64,000 nt of DNA from Eledone cirrhosa (taxonomy: Eukaryota): NCBI GenBank assembly GCA_964016885.1, contig OZ024742.1, forward strand, positions 181,908,001 through 181,972,000, given 5' to 3'. A program made the translations under genes and the position numbers. The notes under the pieces were generated by a model. It was not told the origin of the DNA and made no database searches. It saw nothing but the letters and a program-made list of their open reading frames with translations. Positions 12,616-27,692 of the stretch are shown one piece after another (positions within the stretch are counted from its first letter, which is position 1; each line of letters starts with the position of its first letter).

Positions 12616-13584
12616 CAGCGGATTTACCTGGCGTTGTTCGGGGTTTGAAATTATGCTAAGAATATACAGCTAGGAAGTAAAAGAAGAACATTATTTGTCC
12701 CCAACCTGTCAAAATAAGCAGAAGTCTTCAATAATTAATGCAAACGAATATTTAGTGCAATCTTTGTACACATAAAACTATGTTGATAATGAAGGAAAAC
12801 ACTGAACAGGATGTAGTTATACAAATGATTAAAGACAATACACGTTGCAAATCTGTAAAAAAAAAACAGGCAGTGTTGCTAAAGTACAAACAGTTGTAAT
12901 GAAAGCAGAGTTGTATACAAACAAAAAAACAATGAGAGTAGAATAAGAGAAAATCTATTCTTTGAGAGCATCCTTTGCTGTGTATGGTTTGATTTAGAAC
13001 TTATAATCCAAAATATCCTGCATGACATATTCATTGGTATGTTTTGTAATGAGTAAGGTAAAGTCAAGGCAGAGCTGTAATAAGTTTGTTTGTTAACACT
13101 AAAGAACTTCAGGATAGACGATATTCTTTGTTTTTTTTCTTTTCGGAACAGACGCAAAGAGATTATCTCGACTGCCAACTCATGAGCAGGCAACGTAGAA
13201 TTGTCCGTGTGAAAAGCAAGGTTCAACCAAGTGAATTCCAGTGACGGACAGAGTTTGACCTTGCGACTTGTTTATGGACATCGCAAAGGCAACACGAAGG
13301 GGAAAATAAGGATTGTCAATAAAGTTGGTTATCTCCCTTTTTTTTATAAGGATCGTCAATAAAGTTGGTTATCTACCTTACATCAATTTTGCTACCGATA
13401 ATTTTGATATCGATTTTTTATTGCTCAACGTGGGTCGAGTGGAAAAATGTTTCTGATGTGACCATCTTAGTGACCTGTGTAGCGTGCACAGAAAATTTGG
13501 TCAAATTCGGTTGGTAATTGTAAAAGCCTTAGGTATCCAAAGTTGTACACAGACACACACACATCCTCGTTTTATATATATAAA
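12616..13584 (-). mobile_element. Internally deleted Helitron
   Basis: Minus-strand 5' end tatatatataaaacgaggatgtgtgtg resembles the 51.9-kb element. The 3' end has a cccgaacaacgccagg hairpin. An internal helicase fragment is retained. Confidence 0.75.
13099..13305 (-). pseudogene. Helitron PIF1-like helicase C-terminal fragment
   Basis: Reads [48 protein letters not shown], then after a frameshift TKNIVYPEVL*. These are helicase motifs V/VI and the typical RepHel end. Confidence 0.9.
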
Positions 13585-13656
13585 TTTATAAATATATATA
13601 TATATATATATATAGATAGAGAGAGATAGAGAGAGAGAGAGAGATACATGCATATA

Positions 13657-13691
<35 letters not shown>

Positions 13692-13926
13692 ATGTGTACA
13701 TATGTTTGTATATATATATATATATACATTCAACCACACACACACACACATATATATATGTAAGTGTGTATGCATAGATAGATAGATGGATAGATGGTTA
13801 CAGAAAAAGAGAGACACAGAAGAAGAGAGAGAACGAGGCTACGTGTATAGATTAAGCAACGCGAGAGTGCGTATGTGTTCGAGATGAAGAGAGAGGGACG
13901 GAGAGAGAGAGGGAGAGAGAGAAAAA

Positions 13927-14002
<76 letters not shown>

Positions 14003-14088
14003 GGAAGAGTGTGTGTGTGCGTGTGTGTGAGAGAGAGAGAGAGAGAGAGTGAGAAGCCGTTTGTATGTGAATTAAGAAATGCAATGAA

Positions 14089-16085
14089 ATGCAATGTGTG
14101 TGTGTGTCTGTGTGTGTGTGTGTTTCTGTGTATGTATGTGTGTGTGTGTCTGTGTGCGTGTCTGTGTATGTTTTCTGTGTGTGTGTCTCTGTGTGTATGT
14201 GTGTGTGTCTGTGTGGGTGTCTGCTGTGTGTGTTTCTGTGTGTATGTCTCTGTGTCTGTGTGTCTGTGTGTGTGTGTGTCTGTGTGTTATCCTCTGTGTG
14301 TGTCTCTGTGTCTCTGTGTGTGTGTCTGTGTGTGTGTCTGTGTGTGTGTCTGTGTGTGTGCGTATGTGTGTTTGTGTGTGTGTATGTGTGTGTGTGTGCG
14401 TGTCTCTGTGTGTCTGTGCGTGTTTGTCTGTGTGTGTGTCTCTGTGTGTCTGTGTGTGTGTATGTGTGTGTGTCTGTGTGTGTGCCTATGTGTGTGTCTG
14501 TGTGTGTGTCTGTGTGTGCGTGTGTCTCTGTGTGTCTGTGCGTGTTTGTCTGTGTGTGTGTCTCTGTGTGTCTATGTGTGTGTCTGTGTGTGTGTGTGTG
14601 TATGTGTGTGTGTCTGTGTGTGTGTCTATGTGTGTGTCTGTGTGTGTGTCTGTGTGTGCGTGTGTCTCTGTGTGTCTGTGCGTGTTTGTCTGTGTGTGTG
14701 TCTCTGTGTGTCTATGTGTGTGTCTGTGTGTGTGTGTCTGTGTGTGTGTATGTGTGTGTGTGTCTGTGTGTGTGTCTATGTGTGTGTCTGTGTGTGTGTC
14801 TGTGTGTGCGTGTGTCTCTGTGTGTCTGTGCGTGTTTGTCTGTGTGTGTGTCTCTGTGTGTCTATGTGTGTGTCTATGTGTGTGTGTCTGTGTGTGTGTC
14901 TGTGTGTGTCTCTGTGCGTGTTTGTCTGTGTGTGTGTCTGTGTGTGTCTATGTGTGTGTCTGTGTGTGTGTGTCTGTGTATGTGTCTGTGTGTGTGTCTG
15001 TGTGTGTGTCTCTGTGTGTGTGTCTCTGTGTATCTGTGCGTGTTTGTCTGTGTGTGTGTCTCTGTGTGTCTATGTGTGTGTCTGTGTGTGTGCGTGTTTG
15101 TATGTGTGTGTGTCTCTGTGTGTCTATGTGTGTGTGTATGTGTGTGTGTGTCTGTGTGTGTGTCTCTGTGTGTGTCTGTGTGTGTGTCTGTGTGTGTGTA
15201 TGTGTGTGTGTCTGTGTGTGTGTCTCTGTGTGTGTGTCTCTGTGTGTGTGTCTCTGTGTATCTGTGTGTGTTTGTCTGTGTGTGTGTCTCTGTGTGTCTA
15301 TGTGTGTGTGTCTGTGTGTGTGTCTCTGTGCGTGTTTGTCTGTGTGTGTGTCTCTGTGTGTCTATGTGTGTGTCTGTGTGTCTATGTGTGTGTCTATGTG
15401 TGTCTGTGTGTGTGTCTCTGTGTCTGTCTCTGTGTCTGTGTGTGTGTCTGTGTGTGTGTCTGTCTGCGTGTGTCTGCGTGTGTCTGTGTGTGTCTGTGCG
15501 TCTGCGAGATAGCTAGCTAGCTACTAGCTTGGTAGATGGAGAAAATAGGAGAGTCTGCGTGTGGGCATGCAGAATGTCTGTGTGTGTCTATGTATGTGTG
15601 TGTATGTGTATGTCTATGTATGTGTGTGTATGTGTGTGTCTATGTATGTGTATGTGTGTGTCTATGTATGCGTGTGTAGGTGTATGTCTATGTATGTGTG
15701 TGTATGTGTGCGTATGTGTGTGTCTATGTATGCGTGTGTATGTGTGTGTCTATATATGTGTGTGTATGTGTGTGTCTATGTATGCGTGTGTATGTGTGTG
15801 TCCATGTATGTGTGTGTAGGTGTCTATGTGTATGTCTATGTATGCGTATGTATGTGTGTGTGTGTGTGTCTATGTATGCGTGCGTATGTGTGTGTCTATG
15901 TATGCGAGTGTATGTGTGTGTCTATGTATGCGTGTGTAAATGTGTGTCTATGTATGCGTGAGTATGTGAGAGTTTATGTATGCGTGTGTATGTGTGTGTT
16001 TATGTATTCGTGTGTACGTGTGTGTTTATGTATGTGTGTATATGTGTGTTTATGTATTCGTGTGTACGTGTGTGTTTATGTGTAT
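14089..16085. repeat. TG-rich compound microsatellite/minisatellite
   Basis: (TG)n punctuated by TC/TA, with recurring gtgcgtgtttgtctgtg blocks (14089-15505) and tctatgtatgcgtgtg blocks (15570-16085). Confidence 0.95.
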
Positions 16086-16175
16086 TTTCGAGATGAATAG
16101 AGAGAGGTGGGGGAGAGAGAGAAAAGAAAGAAAGATAGAGATAGATAGATAAAGAGAGAGAGGGAGGGTGAGAGA

Positions 16176-16206
<31 letters not shown>

Positions 16207-16332
16207 TTGCTGCGTGTGTGCATCTGGAAATTGTGTGTGTATGTATGTGCGTTCGTAGGTGAAAATTATTGATAAGCCACTGTGTCAGTTTTTCCTTGTC
16301 TTTTGTTGTATCCACACATGGGTGTGTGTTTG

Positions 16333-16373
<41 letters not shown>

Positions 16374-17668
16374 TTGTGTATGTGAGAGGGTGTATGTATA
16401 TGTGTGTTTATGTGTTTCTATGGTTATGTGTGTGTGTGTGAGCGCGTGGCGTGGAATTTTCACGTCTATTGAACAGACATATACATATTTTCTCAGCAGC
16501 ACATATTTTGTCATACATCAGTAGACAAATTAAAAATCAATACAAGGGAGAGATCGATAACAGTAACCAATACACACTTCAAAGAAAACAATAAACAAAG
16601 GAAAAATATCGACAACAAAATAAAAAAAAATTCAAAACAAAAATAGAAAAACAGAAAGAGAAAGGAACAAAAGAAAATATTTCAATCTTTACGATCAAAG
16701 TGAGGAGTGATATAATTCAAGAAGATCTAAGATCGAACAGTAGTGAGACAGTGATCGAGTATTGATCCTCAATTCAAAACACAATGAAAGATAGAAGCAC
16801 TGTTGTCTCTTACAAGTTATCTGTCAGTAGTCTTCTCAATATGGTACATATATGACATATATATGAATATATATATATATTTAATACAATAACAGAGATA
16901 GCTTAAAGCTAAACTCTGACTGGTAACCATCTCACTCAACAAACATTAGGTTATATGTTAGTATAAACCCAATTTAAGTGTTTGGAGTGCTAACTATATG
17001 TATTTTGTGGAAAGCCAGTTGTATTATTTTATGAGATATAATTAAAGTTTAAAAAAATATATATATGGCAAGTAAGTATGTTTAGAAACAGTGAGCGAGT
17101 TTGAAATTAGAAAATATATAGCTTTCATCGTGAAATACGGTGAAAGCTATATATTTTCTAATTATATATATATATATGTGTGGGTGTATGTATAAACACA
17201 CATATATAGATATATACATATACACATATATGTATACATATACACATATATGTATATATATATACACATATATGTATAAAATATATACATACATATATGT
17301 ATATATATATATATATATAGGAGTAAGTAAGACCCCGACGGCTGAGCTCAAGCCGTTTCGACGGCTAATTGAGTACAGAATTAGCCGTCGAAACGGCTTG
17401 AGCTCAGCCGGGGGTCTTACTTACTCCTATTACCCACTCTACTACCCTAAGTATTGAGTACTTTGGTGCGTTATGGTCCACTTGGTTCCTTACCACTTTT
17501 CCTTCGCTATATATATATATATATATGTATATATAAATGTGTGTATATATATATATATATATAGTAATAATAATAAATGTGAAGACTAAAATCGAAAGAG
17601 GGCTCGATAAGGATGAATATATATCAAATATATAAGAACCATAGAGTAAATATTTAATAAAATAACAG

Positions 17669-17721
<53 letters not shown>

Positions 17722-17801
17722 TAACGGGATCTTCTGAAAAGTTTTAGAAGACCCCGTTAAGGGTGAAAGCACCGATTCTTTGCTTAAACTTTAATCTGTT
17801 A

Positions 17802-17894
<93 letters not shown>

Positions 17895-17899
<5 letters not shown>

Positions 17900-18185
17900 C
17901 TTATGGTAGCTAGGATGCGTCCATAGACAGTATGGCAGTTGGGCACTCTACGGAGCAGAGTATGGTAGAATGGAAAACGAAGAATCAGTGATTACGTATT
18001 ACAATTGTTTCACCGGCGAACAGCTCGAGGTGCGATTGTGTGTGGAACGAACCTGGCTCTGGATTCACAGGTTCCTCAGTCACGTCTATTGATTTCAGAG
18101 CAAATCCTCGAGCTGTTCGCCGGGGAAACAATTGTAATACGTAATAAATTGATTTCCGATGCATCACTGATTCTTCGTTTTCCAC
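17895..18185 (-). mobile_element. Penelope-like fold-back element, family G (hammerhead 3' half GAAAC-AAUU-GUA)
   Basis: Arms ttacgtattacaattgtttcaccggcgaacagctcgagg and cctcgagctgttcgccggggaaacaattgtaatacgtaa, with the tail on the left. A relative at 22155-22360 has GAAAC-AUAU-GUA. Confidence 0.65.
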
Positions 18186-18314
18186 TCTCTCTCTCTCTCT
18201 CTATATATAGGAATATATGCAGACATACGCATATTTATATATATATATATATATATATACGATATTAAAAATATTTGCTTGTTGTATCCCAACAATTTAA
18301 ATAGAACATTTTGC

Positions 18315-18454
<140 letters not shown>

Positions 18455-18601
18455 ATCCACGGTTCAATCGGGGGTAACCACAGTAAGTAAGATGCTCAAT
18501 ACAAAAATTAAATATTCATATGCTGACGTTGACAGTCGGCTTTCCTGATGATTTCCTCCGGATCAAACAGTTCTAGTCCTGCAGGGATCGTTTATATGTG
18601 T

Positions 18602-18656
<55 letters not shown>

Positions 18657-18677
18657 TATATATATAATATATATATG

Positions 18678-18725
<48 letters not shown>

Positions 18726-19031
18726 AGTTTATATAAACACACTCATAAAAATACAGCCGATTGAAATTTGAAATGAAGTCGTCCAAACGTAAATTAGAAT
18801 ACATAGAATCAATTAATACATATAATAGTGGAAATGATCAAGTAGAGTATACCTGGCGACGGAAAAATAGTGAGCAGAGACGTCTGAGAAGAATCGAACA
18901 CACACACACAGAGTCACACACTCACTCACACACACACACACACACAAACACACACACGCGCACATACACACTCACACACACACACACAAACACACACATA
19001 TATATATATATATATTTATATATGTATGGGC

Positions 19032-19062
<31 letters not shown>

Positions 19063-19118
19063 GTAATAATAATAAATTTGAAGACTATCCAGTTCTGCGT
19101 TTACAGATTGACTTTGTT

Positions 19119-19169
19119 AGTTTCAGAAGATCCCGTTAAGGGTGAAAGCAGCGATTCTTTGCTTAAACT
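19119..19169 (+). ncRNA. Hammerhead-like fold with variant core CAGAAGA (family D)
   Basis: Stem I AGUUU/AAACU; CAGAAGA; uCCC guuaa GGGu; GAAA; GCA..UGC-U-U with predicted cut after 19164. Copies at 5448, 17741, 47940, 48810 and 54110-54217. Confidence 0.65.
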
Positions 19170-19184
19170 TAATCTGTTATTTTA

Positions 19185-19279
<95 letters not shown>

Positions 19280-19362
19280 AATATATATGTCATATATATA
19301 TATTTATATTTATATATATAAATATATATATATATGTATATGTATATATGTATATATGCATA

Positions 19363-19405
<43 letters not shown>

Positions 19406-19532
19406 GGATTCAGGACCCCGACGGCTGAGCTCCGACCGTTTCGACAACTAGATTCACTCTAGTATCCCAAGTGTTGAGTAAGCTGGTGCTTTTTGGTCCC
19501 CCTCGTATCTTACTACACCCTCATTGTTGTAC

Positions 19533-19590
<58 letters not shown>

Positions 19591-19655
19591 CTCTATGTAT
19601 AGAATATCTATATCTACATATATATCTCTACCTATCTATCTATCGATATATATCT

Positions 19656-19731
<76 letters not shown>

Positions 19732-19846
19732 ATATATAATATATTGATAGATAGATAGGTAGATATATATATATATATATATGTAGATATAGATATTATA
19801 TACATAGACTTACACACACACACACACACACATACACACTCACACG

Positions 19847-19932
<86 letters not shown>

Positions 19933-19991
19933 TACTGGGTTCAATCGGGAATAACCATATGTATATATTAAACATATTAAACATTGGGCAT

Positions 19992-20113
19992 CCACTGATG
20001 AGTTTATAAGGGTCCGCTTGTGTATAAGACTTTGGATTATATACAATTTCCTACATAACTTGGACATTATTAATCCCAAATTGTAGAAATCTTATAACGA
20101 AACGATCGTCTGG
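19992..20113 (+). ncRNA. Type I hammerhead ribozyme with long stem II (family E; element continues to ~20295)
   Basis: CCA-CUGAUGA-G(U)UUAUAAG...CUUAUAAC-GAAAC-GAUC-GUC-UGG. The downstream sequence recurs in reverse at ~190-335, 16885-17045 and 21255-21420. Confidence 0.75.
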
Positions 20114-20290
20114 TAGGAAAGAGATATTTATTTAATTATGTCTCATATAAGATAATACAACCAGCTATCCACGAAATACTGAGTTACACCCAACACACTA
20201 AATTAGGAGAATACTTAGGTATATCCTAATGTTTCTTGTGTGAGATGGAGTTGGTCAGAGTATCGCTTAAGGCTTTCTCTTTTAATGTAT

Positions 20291-20355
<65 letters not shown>

Positions 20356-20585
20356 ATAATAAGAACAATAATAATTTATATATATATATTATATATATAT
20401 CTATATTAATATAAGCAAGTATTAGACCAGGAAAAATAAAATGTCGGTGTGAAGAGATTATGATTTTATTTGCTTTGACATATGTTTCTGTGTCTATTAT
20501 GAATTGTCTACATATGCTGACTACAATATATATTTTTCCATCCTATGCAATATTTAATAATTTATTACATGTATACATGTATGAG

Positions 20586-20637
<52 letters not shown>

Positions 20638-20739
20638 TAAACATGATATACTTCTATATATATATAGGTACATATATATATATATATTTAAGAACAGATT
20701 ACAGTTTAAGCAAAGAATCGCTGCTTAATAATATTACTA

Positions 20740-20791
<52 letters not shown>

Positions 20792-21457
20792 TAAGAGGAA
20801 TTCCAACTTTGTCTGATTTACTCGTTTTATTTACAATCCTTTAAAATATATATAATGGTATTATAATGAAAGTTGGAATTCCTCTTATTAATATAATCTT
20901 CTATACACAATCATACACACCCGTGTATATTTACCTATCTATATCTCTCTCTCTCTATATATATATATATAAGTTATTCCGGGTTCAATCGGGGTAGCCA
21001 CAGTAAGTAAGGTACTGAATACATAGCAGAGTATAAATGCTTTAATATAGAAAAGCTACATATATATGCACACACACACATATATATATATATATATACA
21101 ATGATATTAAATAAATGGAAACTATATTTATAAAACCATATTTATTCCATTATATATATTTCAAGGGTACCAAAATTTATGTTATACATATATATTTTGG
21201 GTCTATAATTTTCGTTAAAAGAATATATATATTCATTATATATATATATTTTTAATACATTAACAGAGAAAGCTTTAAGCATTACTCCGACCGACTTCCG
21301 TCTCACTCAACAAACATTAGGATATACCTTAGTATAATCCCAATTATACGTTTGGGGTGCTAACTATACGTATTTTGCGGATAGCCAGTTGTATTATTTT
21401 ATATGAGACATAATTAAATATATATATATATATATATATTTGTATATATATATATAT

Positions 21458-21715
21458 CTAGGGCGGGTAAAATTCCCGAGATCCATGGACGAGTTCTCTC
21501 CAGCGGTCTCTATCCCTCATTATCGTTGCCATGTCCTGCGTCTCCAACAGAATAGTGTCTGTCCTTAGGGCATCAACATATGTTAACCTTGGTCTTCCTC
21601 TTCTAGTGTGTCCATGTAGGGGTTCCCACAGGAGCACTGAGTGCAATGTCAACTCTGGATATCGGTGAGCATGTCCAGCTAACCTCAGTCTCCTCTGTGT
21701 CACTTTTGAGCTACT
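21458..21715 (-). pseudogene. RTE-type LINE ORF C-terminus
   Basis: [20 protein letters not shown]...LLWEPLHGHTRRGRPRLTYVDALRTDT...DRDRWRELV, with the stop directly followed by (TA)n. Confidence 0.9.
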
Positions 21716-21725
21716 CGTATATATA

Positions 21726-21808
<83 letters not shown>

Positions 21809-21943
21809 AGGTTGTATATATATATATATATATATATACAAAATTAAAGTAAGGGTGTCATGTCCGAGAGACATGTGCCATATCCTGTGATTGTTTCATG
21901 TGTTTATTTTATATATATATATATATATCAATTAAGTTCTAGT

Positions 21944-21992
<49 letters not shown>

Positions 21993-22093
21993 TATACAAC
22001 CTATCATATATATATATAATCATATATATATATATGTATATATACATATTATATATATATGGTAGGTTATATACATATATGTAACCTAATACA

Positions 22094-22161
<68 letters not shown>

Positions 22162-22361
22162 AGGGTTGCAGGTAAATGCGTCCTTAGGCAGTATGCCGGT
22201 TGAGCACTCGATGCTCGCGCAGAGCAGAGTATTCTAATATAAAGAACCTTCGAATGCAGAGTCGGGTTCGAGCTGTAACAGATCCTGCCTCGAGCTCATC
22301 GACGGAGAAACATATGTAATATGTTAATAAATTGTGGTTTGATGTATTACTGATTCAACGT

Positions 22362-22444
<83 letters not shown>

Positions 22445-22458
22445 ATATATACATATAC

Positions 22459-22511
<53 letters not shown>

Positions 22512-22843
22512 AAAGTTAAACAGAAATAACAACAGAATTGGTACAGTATATGAAAGGGATATATTAGGTTAACGTTTGATATAGCAGGAAGAGAGTCTTA
22601 ACGTTTCGGACGCTAGTCCTTCACCAGAAGAAAGTGTGTGTGTGTATATATAAAACCCAGTGAAATTAGGTGTTTAGCTCAAGTAATGACGTTATAATCG
22701 TAAGTCCGAAACCCTTACCACTAAGCCACGCGCTTCAACATATATATGTATATACATATATTATATACATATTACACACAGACACACACACATATATATG
22801 TGTGCGTGTATGTGTGTAAGTGTGTGTACGTGTGTATGAGAGA

Positions 22844-22893
<50 letters not shown>

Positions 22894-23200
22894 AGACCCA
22901 GTTTAAAACCAGTTAGTCCATTATTAAACAGACTACTCGATACTTAGGGTACTAGAGCATGACTATATTATAAACGACTGAGCTCTTGTCGCTTCAGCAG
23001 CTAGTCCGGAACTACCTGTTGAAACGGCAAGAGCTCAGCCGTCCGGCCCCGACTCTTTATAATATATATATATGTGTGTGTGTCTGTGTCTGTTTGAGTG
23101 TGTGCGTGTGTGTTTGTCTATTATACATATATGGATATATATATATATATGTAGATATATATATATATAGAATTATATATATATTATATTAAATGGATGC

Positions 23201-23240
<40 letters not shown>

Positions 23241-23509
23241 ATATATATATATATGTGTATATATATATATATATATATTTTTCAGTCGATCGACTTTCGT
23301 CAAATCGTCTGAGGAAACAATGTTTCCGTTGGTCTTTCCAATTGCTAGTACTCTCTATCGGTTGCAACTCCAGGTAGAAGGAGCAACGTGAAATAAAGTG
23401 TCTTGCTCAAGGACATAACGCATCGCCCGGTCCGTGAATCGAACTCACAACCTCACGATTAGGAATCCAATTCTCTAACCACTCGGCCACACGCCTTCAT
23501 ATATACGCC

Positions 23510-23808
<299 letters not shown>

Positions 23809-23984
23809 GGTGCGCTAAAAAATATATATATATAGGGTGTGGTAAAATACCAGGTGGACCATAACCCACCAGAGTACTTGATACTTGGGGTAGTAGAGTG
23901 GGTAATATGAAAATATTTGGATCTAGCTGTCGAAACGGCCGGAGCTCAGCCGTCGGGGTTCTGAATCTTTTCCTATATATATAT

Positions 23985-24386
<402 letters not shown>

Positions 24387-24611
24387 AATAAGATAACAAG
24401 GACGATTGGTCACTCCGAAACGTAATGAAGGAGTAGCCAATCGTCCTTGTTATCTTATTTAACTATAATTGTTTCTACTTCAGGCACAAGGCCAGCAATC
24501 ACCCAGTGCATATAATACACTCTGTTTAGCTCTACACCTCGACACTGAAGTAAACCTAAACATCGAGTGCTCACCCGGGTGAACCTATAGTAACTCCAAG
24601 TTACACTCCCT

Positions 24612-24667
<56 letters not shown>

Positions 24668-24883
24668 GGACAAACAGGTCTACTTAATAACGATCTCTCC
24701 ATGTTTTATTTTTAATTAATAAATGATCACTGAAAACAACAGAAATGCTTCAATGTTGAGATAAATTCAAATATTTCTTGTGAAAATACTGACTGTGGGC
24801 TCCAAGTTTTGTAGAGGATTTTTTATTTTTTATCAAACTATCATATGTAAAATGTCTTCTGGGATAGTAGTCTTATCAGATAG

Positions 24884-24884
24884 T

Positions 24885-24957
<73 letters not shown>

Positions 24958-25020
24958 GAGTAGTAGTGGTAGTAGTAGTAGTAGTAATAGTAGTAGTAGT
25001 AGTAGTATTAGTAGTAGTAC
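24884..25020. repeat. (GTA)n microsatellite
   Basis: Read directly; a similar tract lies at 57165-57275. Confidence 0.98.
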
Positions 25021-25227
25021 TGGGTTAGACAGATCAATCTATATCTTAAGTTTAGAGGCTTAGTGTATGTCAAACTGGAGGATTAAGGAACTCGACAGGG
25101 GTGAGGGTAGGCAGAATTAGAAAAAAAGTAAGTTAATAGAAAAAAATAAATATTGTCATAACACAATGTGGGTTAAGAAGGGAGAATATTAATCCGCTGT
25201 ATCTGAACCAGAATATATATATATGTA

Positions 25228-25337
<110 letters not shown>

Positions 25338-25397
25338 CATATATATATATAGTTATATATATATATGTACATACACGTACATAGATATAGATATATA

Positions 25398-25486
<89 letters not shown>

Positions 25487-25686
25487 CCATATATATATAT
25501 ATATATATATATGATATACACTCATAAACGTACACACACACACGAACACATAATTACAAACAAACACACATATATATAGCATTAAACTAATATATTTCTT
25601 TATTGTACTGTGTCGTTTGCTTTATTATTCTGTTTACCTTTTGCATACATACATACACGCGCACACAGACATACATATATGTATAC

Positions 25687-25798
<112 letters not shown>

Positions 25799-25840
25799 GC
25801 ACACACACACACACACACACGCATACACACACACACACAC

Positions 25841-25976
<136 letters not shown>

Positions 25977-26374
25977 GAAAAGATTCAGCACCCCGACCGC
26001 TTAGCTCCGGCCTTTTCGACAGCTGAATCTGAACAGAATTCGGATCCAGCTGTCGAAACGACAGGAACTCAGTCGTCGTAGTCTTGAATCTCTTCATACT
26101 TCCCAATCTACTACCCCAAGTATCGACTACTCTGGTGGGTTATTGTCTGGCTAGCTTTTACCATACCCTATCTGATATATATATATATATGGGGAGACCC
26201 AAGAAGACCCGGGATGAGGTGATAAAGCCGACCTTACCCAATTACACCTCTCAAAGGCGATGACACACGACCGTGACCTCTGGCGTCACGCAGTAATACA
26301 GAGTACCCGACCTCCCATGAGTACAAGCTGAAGCATATAGACAATATGCCCCCACACCCTCCCACTGCAAGGTG

Positions 26375-26635
26375 GTCGTGTAGGTGCCACGGCAAAAAAG
26401 CACCCAGCCCACACTGGAAAATGGAGGTGTAGGTGCCACGGAAAAAAAGCACCCAGCACTCACTGTAAATGAGGTTGGTGTTAGGAAGGGCATCCAGCTG
26501 TAGAAATCAAGCCAAAATCAGTCCCTGTATGAGCAAGGCATGGTCAGCCGACGAGACACTTCCCACAACAGGACAACCTGTCTAACCCATGCTAGCATGG
26601 AAGAACGGACGTAAAACGGTGATGATGATGATGAT
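26375..26635 (+). mobile_element. SINE family 3, 3' part with (GAT)n tail
   Basis: ggtgccacg..aaaagcacccagc occurs twice, then gttggtgttaggaagggcatccagctgtagaaa, then aacccatgctagcatggaagaacggacgtaaaacg(gat)n. Confidence 0.65.
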
Positions 26636-26828
26636 ATATATATATATATATATATGTTAGGTAATTCCGAAGAAAAAGCAAAGGAAAAAAGAGTGCTCTA
26701 TATATAGAACAGAGCTTTTGAATGAGAAAGTAGTTATATATTGTGTTGTTTACTTTCTAATTATATATATATATCCGTATATGGATATAGATATCTGTAT
26801 ATAGAATAGATATATTCGTATATACATG

Positions 26829-26877
<49 letters not shown>

Positions 26878-26922
26878 ACTGCATATACATATATGTATGT
26901 ATATCTATCTATCTATCTATCT

Positions 26923-27692
26923 AGGCGCTCACAGCCCTCTACCAAGCGGAAACGGCAATCAGCGGATACTCCTCCCCGACATTCTATAGGGGATTAGTGA
27001 AGGATAAGTGCGACGACGTTCTCGGGGAAACTCTAGGCTTCGAGAAGGACGAACTGACCAGTCTATTCAGGAGGACTTTCCGTCCAGGACCTATGGATAA
27101 CTTCCAGAGGTCTCTGGCTTGGCAGTGCTACCGAGGAGCTCTACCAGTTCGAGACAAATTCTACAGGCACGGACGTCCTGGCAGAGATCCTGCCAAAAGG
27201 ACCTGTCCAAGATGCGGGCAGGACATCGAAACCGATCCGCATGCAATTGTTCAGAGGTAATATGGTGCACTAGGTTAAAAGGACTGAAGACAAACACCTT
27301 TCTCTCCGGACAACAACTCATCCACTTCTTTAAGTACCCCTTCAGAAGGAAGGTGAGAGTGGAGAGAGAGGTGCTACACCCCAGTAAATTCGCTGAAAGG
27401 TGGGTGAATGTGGCGAAAATGGCCCGAGTGAATGGGCCTTCTCTGTATATAAAACTGTAGGTTGAGGAAGATTAACAGAGGGAAGACGGGAACACCTACA
27501 AAACGTCTTCCTGGTGTTGAGGGCTGTTCTATCCACGGGTCGTAAAACAACTCCGCATTAACGTTCCCGCCTATTGAGGATTTCGATTGTTTTATTTTAT
27601 ATATAGTTTATTGTTATTCATTATTGTTAAAGATTTTATGTAAAATCCCCGCCGTCACGTCATTTTTGTACACCCCTGTGAAAATAAAGAAA
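26923..27692 (+). mobile_element. Tx1/L1-clade LINE 3' fragment (zf-RVT region, internal deletion, 3' UTR)
   Basis: SLAWQCYRGALPVRDKFYRHG...CPRCGQDIETDPHAIVQ is joined out of frame to VIWCTRLKG...FAERWVNV*. It ends in aaaataaaga and follows an (ATCT)n tract. Confidence 0.85.

Noticed and set aside
13931-15520. Three overlapping 470-530 aa Cys/Val ORFs
   Set aside because: These are translations of (TG)n-derived repeat, open in all three frames.
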